A stretch of DNA of 62,054 bases, filler included. It is 6 parts of 6 records of this genome, joined end to end, with 100 filler letters (N's around TTAATTAATTAA, not from the genome) between each part and the next. Parts side by side here need not be neighbours in the genome. Positions count along the whole stretch, not along the records: positions 1 to 7,303 come from DRR723986_20059; positions 7,404 to 15,596 come from DRR723986_20078; 4 more parts are not named here. One strand, given 5' to 3'. This document shows, in pieces, positions 1 through 10,537 of the stretch. The translations under genes and the position numbers were made by a program. Below the pieces are notes generated by a model. It saw only the letters and a list, made by a program, of their open reading frames with translations. It was not told the DNA's origin and searched no databases. The stretch's first letter is position 1. The number at the start of each line of letters is the position of its first letter.

Positions 1-613
<613 letters not shown>

Positions 614-654
614 CCCGCATTCACTTGGTTCCATGATGGCGTGAATCCGAGCCT

Positions 655-680
655 GGCGGGGTGTTAACTTGCACCCCGCC
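655..680 (+). terminator. GC-rich hairpin after thiC (possible terminator or stability hairpin)
   Basis: GGCGGGGTGT-TAACTT-GCACCCCGCC, 10-bp stem; no U-tract follows. Confidence 0.4.
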
Positions 681-727
681 GTGGCTCCGGCTATCGTTCA
701 AGGCCGAATGCGCAACCGGGTGAAGTA

Positions 728-1348
728 ATGCCAAAACCATTCCAGTTCAACGCCAGCGACGTCAAAGTCGAAAAACGTGAAACCGTGTTCCAGGGCTTCT
801 TCCGAATGGACAAACTCTGGCTGACGCATCCGCGCTTCGATGGTCGCGACATGCCCGTCTTTACCCGGGAACTGTTTATCCGGGGTGATGCCACCTGCGT
901 GCTGCCATACGATCCGGCGCGCGACGAGGTTGTACTTCTGGAGCAGTTTCGTTTGGGGGCGCTCCACCGTAACCAGTCCCCCTGGTTGCTGGAACTTGTT
1001 GCTGGCATGAATGAGGATGGTGAGAGTCCGGAAGAGGTGGCCCAGCGAGAAGCTCAGGAAGAGGCTGGGCTGAGTTTCAGTCGTCTGGACAAGATCTGCG
1101 ATTACCTGGTGTCCCCCGGCGGCACCACGGAAATGATTCACCTCTATTGTGGTCAGATCAGCAGCGCCGAGGCCTGTGGTGTTTTTGGCATGGAGCATGA
1201 GCATGAGGACATTCTCAGCCACGTGGTTTCGGCTGATGAATGCTTCGCCATGATTGCCGATGGCCGCATCAATAACGCCGCCGCGATTATTGCCATCCAG
1301 TGGCTGCAACTGAACAGGGAGCGGTTGCGGAAGGAGTGGCAAGCATGA
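728..1348 (+). CDS. nudF: ADP-ribose pyrophosphatase (Nudix)
   Basis: LPYDPARDEVVLLEQFR, LELVAGM, Nudix box AQREAQEEAG, SPGG, EHEDI; nudF-yqiB-cpdA gene order. Confidence 0.92.
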   Translation: MPKPFQFNASDVKVEKRETVFQGFFRMDKLWLTHPRFDGRDMPVFTRELFIRGDATCVLPYDPARDEVVLLEQFRLGALHRNQSPWLLELVAGMNEDGESPEEVAQREAQEEAGLSFSRLDKICDYLVSPGGTTEMIHLYCGQISSAEACGVFGMEHEHEDILSHVVSADECFAMIADGRINNAAAIIAIQWLQLNRERLRKEWQA

Positions 1349-1830
1349 CGGAGTGGGTAAAGCGGCCCAAGCAGTATGTGCCGGATCTGCGCCAGTTGGG
1401 AGCACTCTGCGACGGCAACTATCAGCGCCTACGCAAGCTGCGCCAGCTTGAGGTGGATGGCAAACCCGTATGTGAGTTCGAACTGCACCGGGAGAACCAG
1501 TACCTGGGCCGGGTGCGAATTGAAGTGCTGCAAACGGCCAGATTCACAGAAACCCTGCTGCTGGAGCAAGTCCACAACAGCGGCCGATGGCTGAACAACC
1601 CGCGGATGACTGTGCGCGTATACCACGATGCCCTCATGGCCGAAGTAATCAGCTGCTACCGGCAACGACAGATTGCGCCCGTGAATGACTATCCGAACCG
1701 GTTTATGCATCACCCGGATGAAAAGGTTCAGGTGAACGGCTTCCTGGCCGATTGGCTGGACTACTGCCTGCGTTTCGGGCACCTGCCGATGGAGCATGCA
1801 GCCTGGTCTGCGGGCGAAGGCATCGATTGA
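1345..1830 (+). CDS. yqiB: DUF1249/YqiB family protein (start at ATG 1345 overlapping the nudF stop)
   Basis: YVPDL..L.ALCDGNYQRL, VRVYHDALMAEV, YPNRFMHHPDEK.QVN.FL.DWL..CL; ATGA overlap with nudF. Confidence 0.9.
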   Translation: MTEWVKRPKQYVPDLRQLGALCDGNYQRLRKLRQLEVDGKPVCEFELHRENQYLGRVRIEVLQTARFTETLLLEQVHNSGRWLNNPRMTVRVYHDALMAEVISCYRQRQIAPVNDYPNRFMHHPDEKVQVNGFLADWLDYCLRFGHLPMEHAAWSAGEGID

Positions 1831-2040
1831 AAACCCTCATCTCTGAACGGTTTCTCAGTTCGCCGAAAGTCTATAAAGCCGGTTGTCGGACCTGTGGCAG
1901 AGTTGTCAAATACTGCAAAATATAGCGTGCCGCTGGTCAGAATGTGATCCACCTTCCATTCGTGAACAATCAATCTGAACTAAGCCATCGTACACTTGTC
2001 TGGATTATCAACTGCTTGCAGAAAACAGAACAGGCCTGGC

Positions 2041-2847
2041 ATGACCAAACCCACAACGGCGCGCCCACTCAATGTGTTGCAGCTTACCGATCCGCACCTG
2101 ATGGCGTCTGCGGATGGCGCCTTGCTGGGAGTCAACACCCGTGACAGCCTGGCGGCGGTGATTGACGAAGTGCTTCGCAATCACGGCCAGCCCGACCTGA
2201 TTCTTGCCACCGGAGATCTCACCCAGGATGCATCGCCGGAGGCGTATCGCTATTTCGCTGAACAACTGAAGGCGTTTGATTGCCCCTCGCTCTGGATTGC
2301 TGGCAATCATGACGATTCCGCGCTCTTGTCTTCCATTGCGGCGGAGTCCGGCTCTGATCAGAAACAATGGATCCAGGGCGGCTGGCAGTTTGTCATGCTC
2401 GATTCCTCGGTACACAGCAAGGTGTTTGGAGAGCTTTCGGCCGATGAGCTGAGTTTTCTCGACAGGGCTTTGTCCGGGCAACCAGAGATGCCTGCTGTGG
2501 TTAGCCTGCACCACCACCCGGTGGATATCGGCTCAGACTGGATGGAAAAAATCGGGCTCAAAAACCGGGACGCCTTCTGGCAAGTGATTGACCGGCATCC
2601 GCAGGTTCGGGTAGTGCTGTGGGGCCATATCCATCAAGAGCTTGAGCAGCAGCGCAATGGTGCTTGCCTGCTGGCCACCCCTTCTACTTGCATCCAGTTC
2701 GCCACAGGATCCAGTGACTTTGCCGTGGAACCTCTGGCACCGGGTTATCGCTGGTTGGAACTTGATCCCTCAGGCAGCTTCAAGACGGAAGTCCGCCGAG
2801 CGGAAAGTTTCGAGTTTGACCTGGATGAGGAAAGCTCCGGGTACTGA
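2041..2847 (+). CDS. cpdA: 3',5'-cyclic-AMP phosphodiesterase
   Basis: Metallophosphoesterase motifs TDPH, TGDL, GNHD, HHHP, GHIH and PSTCIQF; synteny with nudF-yqiB. Confidence 0.93.
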   Translation: MTKPTTARPLNVLQLTDPHLMASADGALLGVNTRDSLAAVIDEVLRNHGQPDLILATGDLTQDASPEAYRYFAEQLKAFDCPSLWIAGNHDDSALLSSIAAESGSDQKQWIQGGWQFVMLDSSVHSKVFGELSADELSFLDRALSGQPEMPAVVSLHHHPVDIGSDWMEKIGLKNRDAFWQVIDRHPQVRVVLWGHIHQELEQQRNGACLLATPSTCIQFATGSSDFAVEPLAPGYRWLELDPSGSFKTEVRRAESFEFDLDEESSGY

Positions 2848-2961
2848 TTAAGGCTTGCATCAGGCTGTTCTATCTGCGTCAAGTCTCGCTTAATCTGGGC
2901 AGCGCCGCAACATGGCAGGTGCATTCAGCTCAGTACACCTGCCATTTCGAATCCTCAGCAC

Positions 2962-5232
2962 TCAGCTACGCAGTTCCCTCGCTGCCGCTACCATGGTTTC
3001 CAGTGCCGGCGTCACTTCTTCCCATTTCCGCGTTTTCAGGCCGCAGTCCGGGTTAATCCACAGCCGTTCTGCGGGGATACGTTCAGCCGCCAGAGTCATC
3101 AGGTTGATGATATGTTCCTTGTCTGGAATGTTGGGCGAATGGATGTCGTATACGCCAGGACCAATGTCGTTGGGGTATTCAAAGCTCCGGAACGCATCCA
3201 GCAGTTCCATGTCTGACCGAGAGGTCTCGATGGTGATGACATCGGCATCCATACGGGCAATGGCTTCGATGATGTCGTTGAATTCCGAGTAGCACATATG
3301 GGTATGGATCTGGGTGCTGTCATCTACGCCGTTGGCGGCGATGCGGAAGCTGTTGATTGCCCACTCCAGATACGTTGCCCAGTCCGACTTTCTCAGCGGC
3401 AGACCTTCGCGCAGAGCGGCTTCGTCGATCTGGATGATGTTCACGCCGGCTTGTTCCAGATCCTGAACCTCCTCGCGAATTGCCAGGGCCAGTTGCAGGC
3501 AGGAATCCTTGCGAGGCTGATCATCCCGCACGAAAGACCAGTTCAGAATCGTCACCGGGCCGGTCAGCATCCCTTTCACTGGTTTGTCCGTCAGCGACTG
3601 GGCATAGCGGATCCATTCCACGGTCATGGCCTGGGGTCGGCGGATATCGCCAAACAGAATCGGCGGTTTCACGCAGCGCGAACCGTAAGACTGAACCCAG
3701 CCGAAGCGCGTGAAGGCATAGCCGTCCAGTTGCTCGCCAAAGTATTCCACCATGTCATTACGTTCGGGTTCGCCGTGTACCAGGACATCCAGTCCGAGGT
3801 TTTCCTGCTCTTCCACGCAACGAACGATTTCTGCTCGCATTTGTTCGATGTAAGCCTGTTCGCTCAGCTCGCCCTTACGGAATTGCAGTCGCGCCTGTCG
3901 AATCTCGCGGGTTTGCGGGAAAGATCCGATGGTCGTGGTCGGGAAGGCGGGCAGGTTTAGTCTCTCCCGCTGGCGGACGATCCGCTGAGGGTAGGGACTC
4001 TGGCGATTGCCAAGCTCAGACGTGGCGGCGGCAACGGCCTTTCGAACCTCCGGATTGGTCACGCGATGGGAGCTGCGGCGGCTATCGATGGCCAATTGAT
4101 TGTCTGCCAGCTCGGCGCGCACACTGCTGCGGCCCTCGTTCAGTGCTCTGGCGAGAATCTGCAGTTCGTCGAGTTTCTGTACAGCAAACGCCAGCCAGTT
4201 GCGTATGTCGCCATCAAGCTCCTGTTCCCGGGAGAGGTCGACAGGGACATGCAGAAGCGAACAGGACGGTGCCAGCCACAGACGTTGGCCCAGTTTTTCG
4301 TTCAGGGGCTCCAACCAGCCCAGGGTGCTGTTCAGATCCGATTTCCAGATGTTGCGACCGTTGACCACACCGAGAGAAAGCACCTTGTGACTCGGCAGCC
4401 AGTCTGCCACGCGACTGACGTCGGCCGGCGCGCTGATGGCATCGATGTGCAGTCCTGCAACGGGCAATTCGCACGCCAGTTGAAGATTGTCCCGAAGCTC
4501 GCCGAAATAGGTGGCCAATAGCAGTTTGGGGCGGTTCGCTTTGAGCTGGTGGTAAGCCAGATTAAAGGCATAACGCCAGTTGGCATCAAGATCTGTGACC
4601 AGGGCCGGTTCGTCAAGCTGAACCCATTCCGCACCGGCATCCGCCAGAGCTTCCAGGAGTTGCGAATACACCGGCAGCAGGCGCTCCAGCAAATCCAGAG
4701 GATTGCTTCCATCCGAGGTTTTTCCCAGCCAGAGATAGGTCACCGGGCCAATAATCACGGGTTTTGCGTTGAGTCCCTGTTTCCGGGCTTCGGACAGTTG
4801 TGTTAACAGTCGTTCCGGATTGAGTTCAAAGTGAGTGTCAGCCGTCAGCTCTGGCACGATGTAGTGATAGTTGGTGTCAAACCACTTGGTCATCTCGCCA
4901 GCGGCGGTGGCGCAGCAGGGGCTATCATTGGCACCCCGGCCACGTGCGGCACGGAAGTAAGCGTCCAGCTCCGAGCCTTCTTTGCCGGCGGCCCGGATCG
5001 GGAGGTTTCCCAGAGTGACGGACATATCCAGCACCTGGTCGTAAAGGGAAAAATCTCCCACCGGCACGTAATCGAGCCCGGCCTGTTGCTGCCAGTGGCG
5101 CCGGCGCAGATCGGCCGCCGTAATGGCCAGTTCCTGTTCGGTTTGCCGGCCGCCCCAATAGTCTTCCAGCGCGAATTTCAGTTCGCGCTGGCCACCGATA
5201 CGGGGAAAGCCAAGGTTATGTGTGGTTGCCAT
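2962..5232 (-). CDS. metE: Cobalamin-independent methionine synthase
   Basis: [48 protein letters not shown] and NPDCGLKTR Zn ligands. Confidence 0.98.
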   Translation of the reverse strand: MATTHNLGFPRIGGQRELKFALEDYWGGRQTEQELAITAADLRRRHWQQQAGLDYVPVGDFSLYDQVLDMSVTLGNLPIRAAGKEGSELDAYFRAARGRGANDSPCCATAAGEMTKWFDTNYHYIVPELTADTHFELNPERLLTQLSEARKQGLNAKPVIIGPVTYLWLGKTSDGSNPLDLLERLLPVYSQLLEALADAGAEWVQLDEPALVTDLDANWRYAFNLAYHQLKANRPKLLLATYFGELRDNLQLACELPVAGLHIDAISAPADVSRVADWLPSHKVLSLGVVNGRNIWKSDLNSTLGWLEPLNEKLGQRLWLAPSCSLLHVPVDLSREQELDGDIRNWLAFAVQKLDELQILARALNEGRSSVRAELADNQLAIDSRRSSHRVTNPEVRKAVAAATSELGNRQSPYPQRIVRQRERLNLPAFPTTTIGSFPQTREIRQARLQFRKGELSEQAYIEQMRAEIVRCVEEQENLGLDVLVHGEPERNDMVEYFGEQLDGYAFTRFGWVQSYGSRCVKPPILFGDIRRPQAMTVEWIRYAQSLTDKPVKGMLTGPVTILNWSFVRDDQPRKDSCLQLALAIREEVQDLEQAGVNIIQIDEAALREGLPLRKSDWATYLEWAINSFRIAANGVDDSTQIHTHMCYSEFNDIIEAIARMDADVITIETSRSDMELLDAFRSFEYPNDIGPGVYDIHSPNIPDKEHIINLMTLAAERIPAERLWINPDCGLKTRKWEEVTPALETMVAAARELRS

Positions 5233-5301
5233 GATCGAGTCCTTGAATCTTGTGCGTTGAATGAGGTCTCAAGGTTAAGCGGGCTTTTACATGAATAAAA
5301 A

Positions 5302-5335
5302 TGGTATTATTTCACCAAATCATGAGAAAAATTCA
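5302..5335. promoter_or_regulatory. Two tandem MetR-binding boxes in the divergent metE/metR region
   Basis: TGGTATTATTTCA (5302-5314) and TGAGAAAAATTCA (5323-5335) resemble the MetR consensus TGAA-N5-TTCA and start 21 bp apart. Confidence 0.65.
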
Positions 5336-5345
5336 CGGAGAGGTC

Positions 5346-6236
5346 ATGGTCGAGCGGCACCATCTGGAGATTATGCGAGCCGTGGAGCGCCAGGGTTCAC
5401 TGACGGCGGCGGCGGAACGGCTACACCTCACTCAGTCGGCGCTGTCCCATGCTATTCGCAAGCTGGAGCAGCAACTGGGCACGCCGGTCTGGCTCCGCGA
5501 GGGGCGCCAGTTGCGTTTTACCCAAGCTGGCGTTCAGTTGCTGGCATTGGCCAACCGGTTGCTGCCGCAGTTTGAACACGCTGAGATGCAGATTCACCAG
5601 ATTGCCCAAGGTCAGCGCGGCAGCTTGCGAGTTGGCATGGAGTGTCACCCCTGCTATCAATGGCTTCTGAAAGTAGTAGGCCCTTACTTGCAGCAGTGGC
5701 CGGATGTCGATGTGGATGTGAAACAGGAGTTCCAGTTCGGCGGCATGGGCGCGTTGTTTGGTCATGACATCGACTTGCTGGTTACCCCGGACCCGTTGCA
5801 CAAACCAGGCGTACGTTTTGAGCCCGTGTTTGATTATGAACAGGTGTTGGTGGTGTCGGAGGATCATTCGCTTGCCGATGAAAAATGGGTAGAGCCGCAT
5901 CAACTCGAAAAAGAAACGCTGATTACTTATCCGGTGGCAGTAGAGCGTCTGGACATCTTCACACGGTTTTTCCTGCCGGCTCATACCGCACCGGCGCGCC
6001 ACAAGACCATTGAAACTACCGATATCATGTTGCAGATGGTCGCTGCAGGGCGGGGGGTGAGTGCGCTACCACGCTGGCTAGTGGATGACTATGCCCGGAA
6101 TATGCCCATCAGAGCCCTGAAACTCGGACAACAAGGTATGCCAAAACAGATTTTTCTGGGTTTCCGGGAGCGGGATGCGGAAGTGGATTATCTGAACGCG
6201 TTCGTGAAGCTGGCCCGCAGCATTCGCTGGAACTAA
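5346..6236 (+). CDS. metR: LysR-family regulator MetR (likely start ATG 5346)
   Basis: LysR HTH SLTAAAERLHLTQSALSH, MetR-type ECHPCYQWL and LITYPV..ERLDIF; divergent from metE; GGAGAGG SD before 5346. Confidence 0.93.
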   Translation: MVERHHLEIMRAVERQGSLTAAAERLHLTQSALSHAIRKLEQQLGTPVWLREGRQLRFTQAGVQLLALANRLLPQFEHAEMQIHQIAQGQRGSLRVGMECHPCYQWLLKVVGPYLQQWPDVDVDVKQEFQFGGMGALFGHDIDLLVTPDPLHKPGVRFEPVFDYEQVLVVSEDHSLADEKWVEPHQLEKETLITYPVAVERLDIFTRFFLPAHTAPARHKTIETTDIMLQMVAAGRGVSALPRWLVDDYARNMPIRALKLGQQGMPKQIFLGFRERDAEVDYLNAFVKLARSIRWN

Positions 6237-6283
6237 TCTCTTCGGTTAAACTGCGCGGAAAATTATCACAGGACACACAAATC

Positions 6284-6676
6284 ATGAGTGAAATCCCTTC
6301 TGATCTGAAGTACATCGAAACTCACCAGTGGGTGCGCGTGGACGCTGACGGCACCGCCACCGTGGGCATCACCGATTTTGCCCAGGAGCAGCTGGGAGAT
6401 GTGGTCTACATCGGTGTGCCGGAAATGGGCGCAACGGTAAACGGCGGCGAAGAAGCCGGCGTGGCAGAATCCGTGAAATCCGCCTCAGACGTTTTCAGCC
6501 CGGTAACCGGCGAGGTCATCGAGATCAATGAAAAGCTGGAAGACGAGCCGGAAATCGTGAACGAAGACCCCTACGGCGATGGCTGGATGTTCAAGGTAAA
6601 GCTGGCCGACGAAGGCGAGTTGGAAGGCCTCATGGATGCGGCTGCCTACGCTGAACACGTGGCCGCTGAGGAATAA
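6284..6676 (+). CDS. gcvH: Glycine cleavage system H protein
   Basis: VGITDFAQEQLGDVVY, lipoyl-Lys motif ESVKSASD, NEDPYGDGW. Confidence 0.97.
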   Translation: MSEIPSDLKYIETHQWVRVDADGTATVGITDFAQEQLGDVVYIGVPEMGATVNGGEEAGVAESVKSASDVFSPVTGEVIEINEKLEDEPEIVNEDPYGDGWMFKVKLADEGELEGLMDAAAYAEHVAAEE

Positions 6677-6682
6677 TTATTG

Positions 6683-7303
6683 ATGGAATTCCCCGTTCTC
6701 TATCTGCGCAAAGGCGCAGAACGTCGTCTCCGGGCCGGTCATTTGTGGGTGTACAGCAACGAGGTGGATACCCGCCGCAGCCCGCTGACGGAGTTTCAGC
6801 CCGGCGCGCAGGTGCAGGTTCGGGCATCGAACGACAAACCGATGGGGGTGGCGTTTGTGAACCCCCATGCCCTGATCTGCGGTCGTTTGATCAGTCGTGA
6901 TGCTGCTCACGGCATGACGCCCAAGCGGCTGACTGATCGCATGGAGGCGGCACTGAGCCTGCGGGAGCGATTGTTTGATAAACCCTTTTATCGCTGGGTA
7001 TTCGGCGACAGCGATGGTCTCTCTGGCCTGGTAGTAGACCGGTTCGATGATGTCGTCGTAGTGCAGATCTCCACCGCCGGCATGGAGCAGATGAAGGAGG
7101 CTATTGTCCGTGCCGTCCAGCGCCTGGCTCATGCCCGCATCATCGTGCTGAAGAACGATGGAAAAATGCGCAAAGTAGAAGGGCTGGATACTTACGTGGA
7201 ATTTGCCCACGGTCCGGAAGCCGACACTGTGCTGGTGGAAGAAAACGGCGCCCGCTTTGAAGTGCCCCTGGCGGGCGGCCAGAAAACCGGCTGGTTCTAC
7301 GAC
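6683..7303 (+). CDS. rlmI: RlmI-family class I SAM rRNA methyltransferase, 3'-truncated
   Basis: PUA-like N-terminus RLRAGHLWVYSNEV, GDSDGLSGLVVDRF, GQKTGWFYD. Confidence 0.85.
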
Positions 7304-7403
7304 NNNNNNNNNNNNNNNNNNNNNNNNNNNNNNNNNNNNNNNNNNNNTTAATTAATTAANNNNNNNNNNNNNNNNNNNNNNNNNNNNNNNNNNNNNNNNN
7401 NNN
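7304..7403. other. Artificial contig linker (N-run, TTAATTAATTAA, N-run); repeated at 15597-15696, 22222-22321, 33446-33545 and 54300-54399
   Basis: Five 100-nt spacers of the same design, with stops in all six frames; gene content and codon style change across them. Confidence 0.99.
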
Positions 7404-7944
7404 GATCAACCATTTTGTCACCGACACCGACGCCGAAGTTCAGGCGGTTAAGGATTATGCAGAGACACATGGTGTCGAAGCGGTTCTGTCGCGTCACTGG
7501 GAACTGGGTTCGGAAGGCTCTGCGCCTTTGGCCGAGAAAGTTGTCGAGATCGTTGAAAACGGTGCTGCGAACTTCTCGCCGATCTATCCTGATGACATGC
7601 CGTTGTTCGAAAAGATCGAAACAATTGCTAAGCGTATCTATCGTGCCGACGAAGTTCTCGCCGACAACAAGATCCGCAACCAGTTGAAAGAGTGGGAAGC
7701 TGCCGGTTATGGCAACCTGCCGGTCTGCATGGCGAAAACGCAGTATTCGTTCTCAACCGATCCGACCCTGCGCGGTGCGCCGGTTGGCCATTCGGTTCCA
7801 GTTCGCGAAGTCCGCTTGTCCGCTGGTGCCGGTTTCATCGTTGCAGTCTGCGGCGAAATCATGACCATGCCGGGCCTGCCGCGCAAACCAGCTGCCGAAA
7901 CCATCGGCCTGAATGACGCAGGCGAAATCGAAGGCTTGTTCTAA
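7404..7944 (+). CDS. fhs: Formate-tetrahydrofolate ligase, C-terminal fragment
   Basis: [47 protein letters not shown] end. Confidence 0.95.
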
Positions 7945-7961
7945 GCGACAAAATAAGATTT

Positions 7962-7989
7962 CTGCGGCCCGGAACCTTCCGGGCCGCAG
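7962..7989 (+). other. Strong intergenic hairpin between fhs and chorismate mutase, abutting the downstream SD
   Basis: CTGCGGCCCGGAA-CC-TTCCGGGCCGCAG perfect inverted repeat; AGGAG SD at 7988-7992 overlaps its 3' end. Confidence 0.55.
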
Positions 7990-7999
7990 GAGATTTAGA

Positions 8000-8305
8000 A
8001 TGCCCTCTTTGATACCCCCCCAATCGTGTGGCTCGATGCAAGACTTGCGGGTCGAAATCGACAAGTTGGATCAGCATTTGATCGAGCTGTTGGTGACCCG
8101 GTCTGGATACATTGATCGCGCCGCTGAACTGAAACCGGGGGAGACATTGCCGGCGCGTATTCCGGCCCGCGTCGAAGAGGTGGTTCAGAATGTCCGCGCC
8201 AAAGCCCTTGAGACGGGGATGGACCCCGATCTGGCAGAGCGGCTCTGGCGCATCCTAATAGATTGGTCGATTGCCCGCGAGGAAAGGGTACTCGGCACCG
8301 AATGA
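8000..8305 (+). CDS. AroQ-type chorismate mutase / isochorismate-pyruvate lyase family protein
   Basis: MQDLRVEIDKLDQHLIELL..R..YIDRAAELK, RVEEV, LWRILIDWSIAREE; AGGAG SD before ATG 8000. Confidence 0.85.
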   Translation: MPSLIPPQSCGSMQDLRVEIDKLDQHLIELLVTRSGYIDRAAELKPGETLPARIPARVEEVVQNVRAKALETGMDPDLAERLWRILIDWSIAREERVLGTE

Positions 8306-8316
8306 AAGGGTGGCCC

Positions 8317-9210
8317 ATGCGGGCAGCACTGATCGATGGCAAGGCCATTGGCGCAAATATGCGGGCCCAAGTGGCCCAAGACGCCGCACAGCTGGCAGAG
8401 CAGGGGTGGCAACCCCGTCTGGTGTCGCTCAGCGTCGGCGATACAGCGGCGGCCGAACTGTATGTTCGCAACCAACAACGCAGCGCGGAAAGTGCGGGCG
8501 TTGAATTTGAGGCCCGAAATTACCCCTCTGAAACCTCGCTTGAGCAGCTAACGGGCATCTTGCAGGGTTTGAATGCGGATCCACGCGTGAATGGCATCAT
8601 CATTCAGCGCCCCTTGCCGGAGCATATTCCCGTCAAGGTTCTGCAAAAGCTCGTGCATCCTCTTAAGGATGTCGAGGGTATGCACCCGGCGTCGATCGGC
8701 AATATTGTTTACAACGATCTGGGGCTGGGGCCCTGTACCGCTGTAGCGGCTGTTGAGATCCTCAAGACCCTGCCGTTGACGATGGAGGGGCTGAACGTGA
8801 CTGTAATTGGCCACTCTGAAATTGTGGGCAAGCCGATTGCGTTTTTGGCCATGGGGCTGGGTGCAACGGTGACTGTGTGTCACCATATGACCCGTTCCGT
8901 CGCCATGCACTCGCGCGCGGCGGATGCGGTGTTTGTGGCGGTGGGCAAGCCCGGTCTGGTGACAGGTGATATGCTAAAACCGGGCGCGGCGTTGATCGAC
9001 ATTGGCATCAACCGGATCGAAACCCCGGATGGCCCAAAAACCGTGGGTGACGCTGATTTTGACAGCTGCGCCGAAGTCGCGGGCTGGATCACACCGGTGC
9101 CAGGTGGTGTTGGGCCAGTGACGGTTGCGACGCTGATGAAAAACGCTGTTTTGGCGACACGGATGCAGATGGAACATTACCGGGATTCTTATGCCCGGAC
9201 CGATTTCTGA
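8317..9210 (+). CDS. folD: FolD-family methylenetetrahydrofolate dehydrogenase, divergent paralog
   Basis: [32 protein letters not shown]; lacks the YxxxK lysine (YVRNQ) and has GHS instead of GRS. Confidence 0.88.
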   Translation: MRAALIDGKAIGANMRAQVAQDAAQLAEQGWQPRLVSLSVGDTAAAELYVRNQQRSAESAGVEFEARNYPSETSLEQLTGILQGLNADPRVNGIIIQRPLPEHIPVKVLQKLVHPLKDVEGMHPASIGNIVYNDLGLGPCTAVAAVEILKTLPLTMEGLNVTVIGHSEIVGKPIAFLAMGLGATVTVCHHMTRSVAMHSRAADAVFVAVGKPGLVTGDMLKPGAALIDIGINRIETPDGPKTVGDADFDSCAEVAGWITPVPGGVGPVTVATLMKNAVLATRMQMEHYRDSYARTDF

Positions 9211-9225
9211 GAAAGGAAACTGACA

Positions 9226-10128
9226 ATGGTAGCGCAGGTTATCGACGGAAAAGCCTTTGCGGCCAATGTGCGCGGGCAAGTTGGCGCGCATGTTGCGAAA
9301 CTGAAAGAAGAGCAGGGCATCACACCTGGTCTCGCGGTGGTGCTGGTGGGCGAAGACCCAGCCAGTCAGGTCTATGTCCGTTCAAAGGGCAAGATGACCG
9401 TTGAGGTCGGCATGAACTCGTATGAGCATAAGCTGGACGTGGACACTGCCGAAGACGTGCTGTTGGCGCTGATCGACAAGCTGAACAACGATCCAGCCGT
9501 GCATGGTATTCTGGTGCAGCTGCCGCTGCCCAAGCACCTGAACGAAGATCTGGTCATCAACTCGATTGACCCGGCCAAGGACGTTGATGGGTTCCACATC
9601 TCAAACGTGGGCTTACTGGGCACTGGTCAAAAGTCGATGGTGCCGTGCACGCCGCTGGGATGCTTGATGATGCTGCGGGATCATCATGGGTCGCTGTCCG
9701 GGTTGAATGCCGTTGTCGTGGGCCGCTCGAACATCGTGGGCAAACCCATGGCGCAGCTGCTGTTGGGCGATAGCTGCACCGTGACCATCGCGCATTCGCG
9801 CACCAAGGACCTGCCTGATGTTGTGCGTGCGGCTGATATTGTCGTTGCTGCTGTGGGCCGCCCCGAAATGGTTCCGGGTGACTGGATCAAAGAAGGCGCA
9901 ACCGTCATCGACGTTGGCATCAACCGCATTGATGCTCCTGAAAAGGGCGAAGGCAAGACCCGTCTGGTTGGTGATGTCCACTACGAGAGCGCTGCTGCGG
10001 TTGCGGGTGCTATCACGCCGGTTCCGGGTGGCGTTGGCCCAATGACGATTGCTTGCTTGCTGGCAAATACGCTGACTGCGTGTTGTCGTGCGAACGGATT
10101 GGCTGAGCCAGAAGGCTTGACCGCCTAA
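9226..10128 (+). CDS. folD: Bifunctional methylenetetrahydrofolate dehydrogenase/cyclohydrolase (canonical)
   Basis: [52 protein letters not shown]. Confidence 0.97.
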   Translation: MVAQVIDGKAFAANVRGQVGAHVAKLKEEQGITPGLAVVLVGEDPASQVYVRSKGKMTVEVGMNSYEHKLDVDTAEDVLLALIDKLNNDPAVHGILVQLPLPKHLNEDLVINSIDPAKDVDGFHISNVGLLGTGQKSMVPCTPLGCLMMLRDHHGSLSGLNAVVVGRSNIVGKPMAQLLLGDSCTVTIAHSRTKDLPDVVRAADIVVAAVGRPEMVPGDWIKEGATVIDVGINRIDAPEKGEGKTRLVGDVHYESAAAVAGAITPVPGGVGPMTIACLLANTLTACCRANGLAEPEGLTA

Positions 10129-10537
10129 TCCTAGGAAACCGAAGCGTCGCGCAGTTATTGGGCGGCGTTTCGTACACTCTTGTGTGACAGAAACCGCCTA
10201 GAAGTATCAGTGTAAGTGGTTCTAGTTCACAAAAAGAAGCCTTTTGATGTAGAAGGGGGAAGTTTCCTGAAATTTTCCACCTCGTGTCCGGCGCAGTGTA
10301 ACCTTGCAAAATCTAATGAATTGAAACGCTAGGCGCCGGCGTTTTTGATAAAACACGTTGATTTTAAATGGTAAAATAAATGGAAGTTGCCCCCATTCAA
10401 TCTGGGGTGTTGTTGGATTTTTTGAAACTTCGGATAAATTGTCAAGTTTACGTTGAATTAAAGCCCTGATATTTGACTTACTCAGGAAAAAAGCACCAGA
10501 AGGTGTCAAATTTACTTAAACTTAGTGCCTTTTATTC

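Noticed and set aside
698-1405. Long antisense or alternative-frame ORFs (e.g. 698-1405, 3298-3960, 35555-36286, 40684-41517, 51292-52077, 55277-56158)
   Set aside because: Shadow ORFs opposite well-supported genes in GC-rich sequence, with no motifs of their own.
10427-10458. dif/pdif-like arms ACTTCGGATAA ... TTACGTTGAAT
   Set aside because: The spacer is 10 bp rather than the 6-8 bp used by XerCD, and both arms have mismatches; likely chance in AT-rich DNA.
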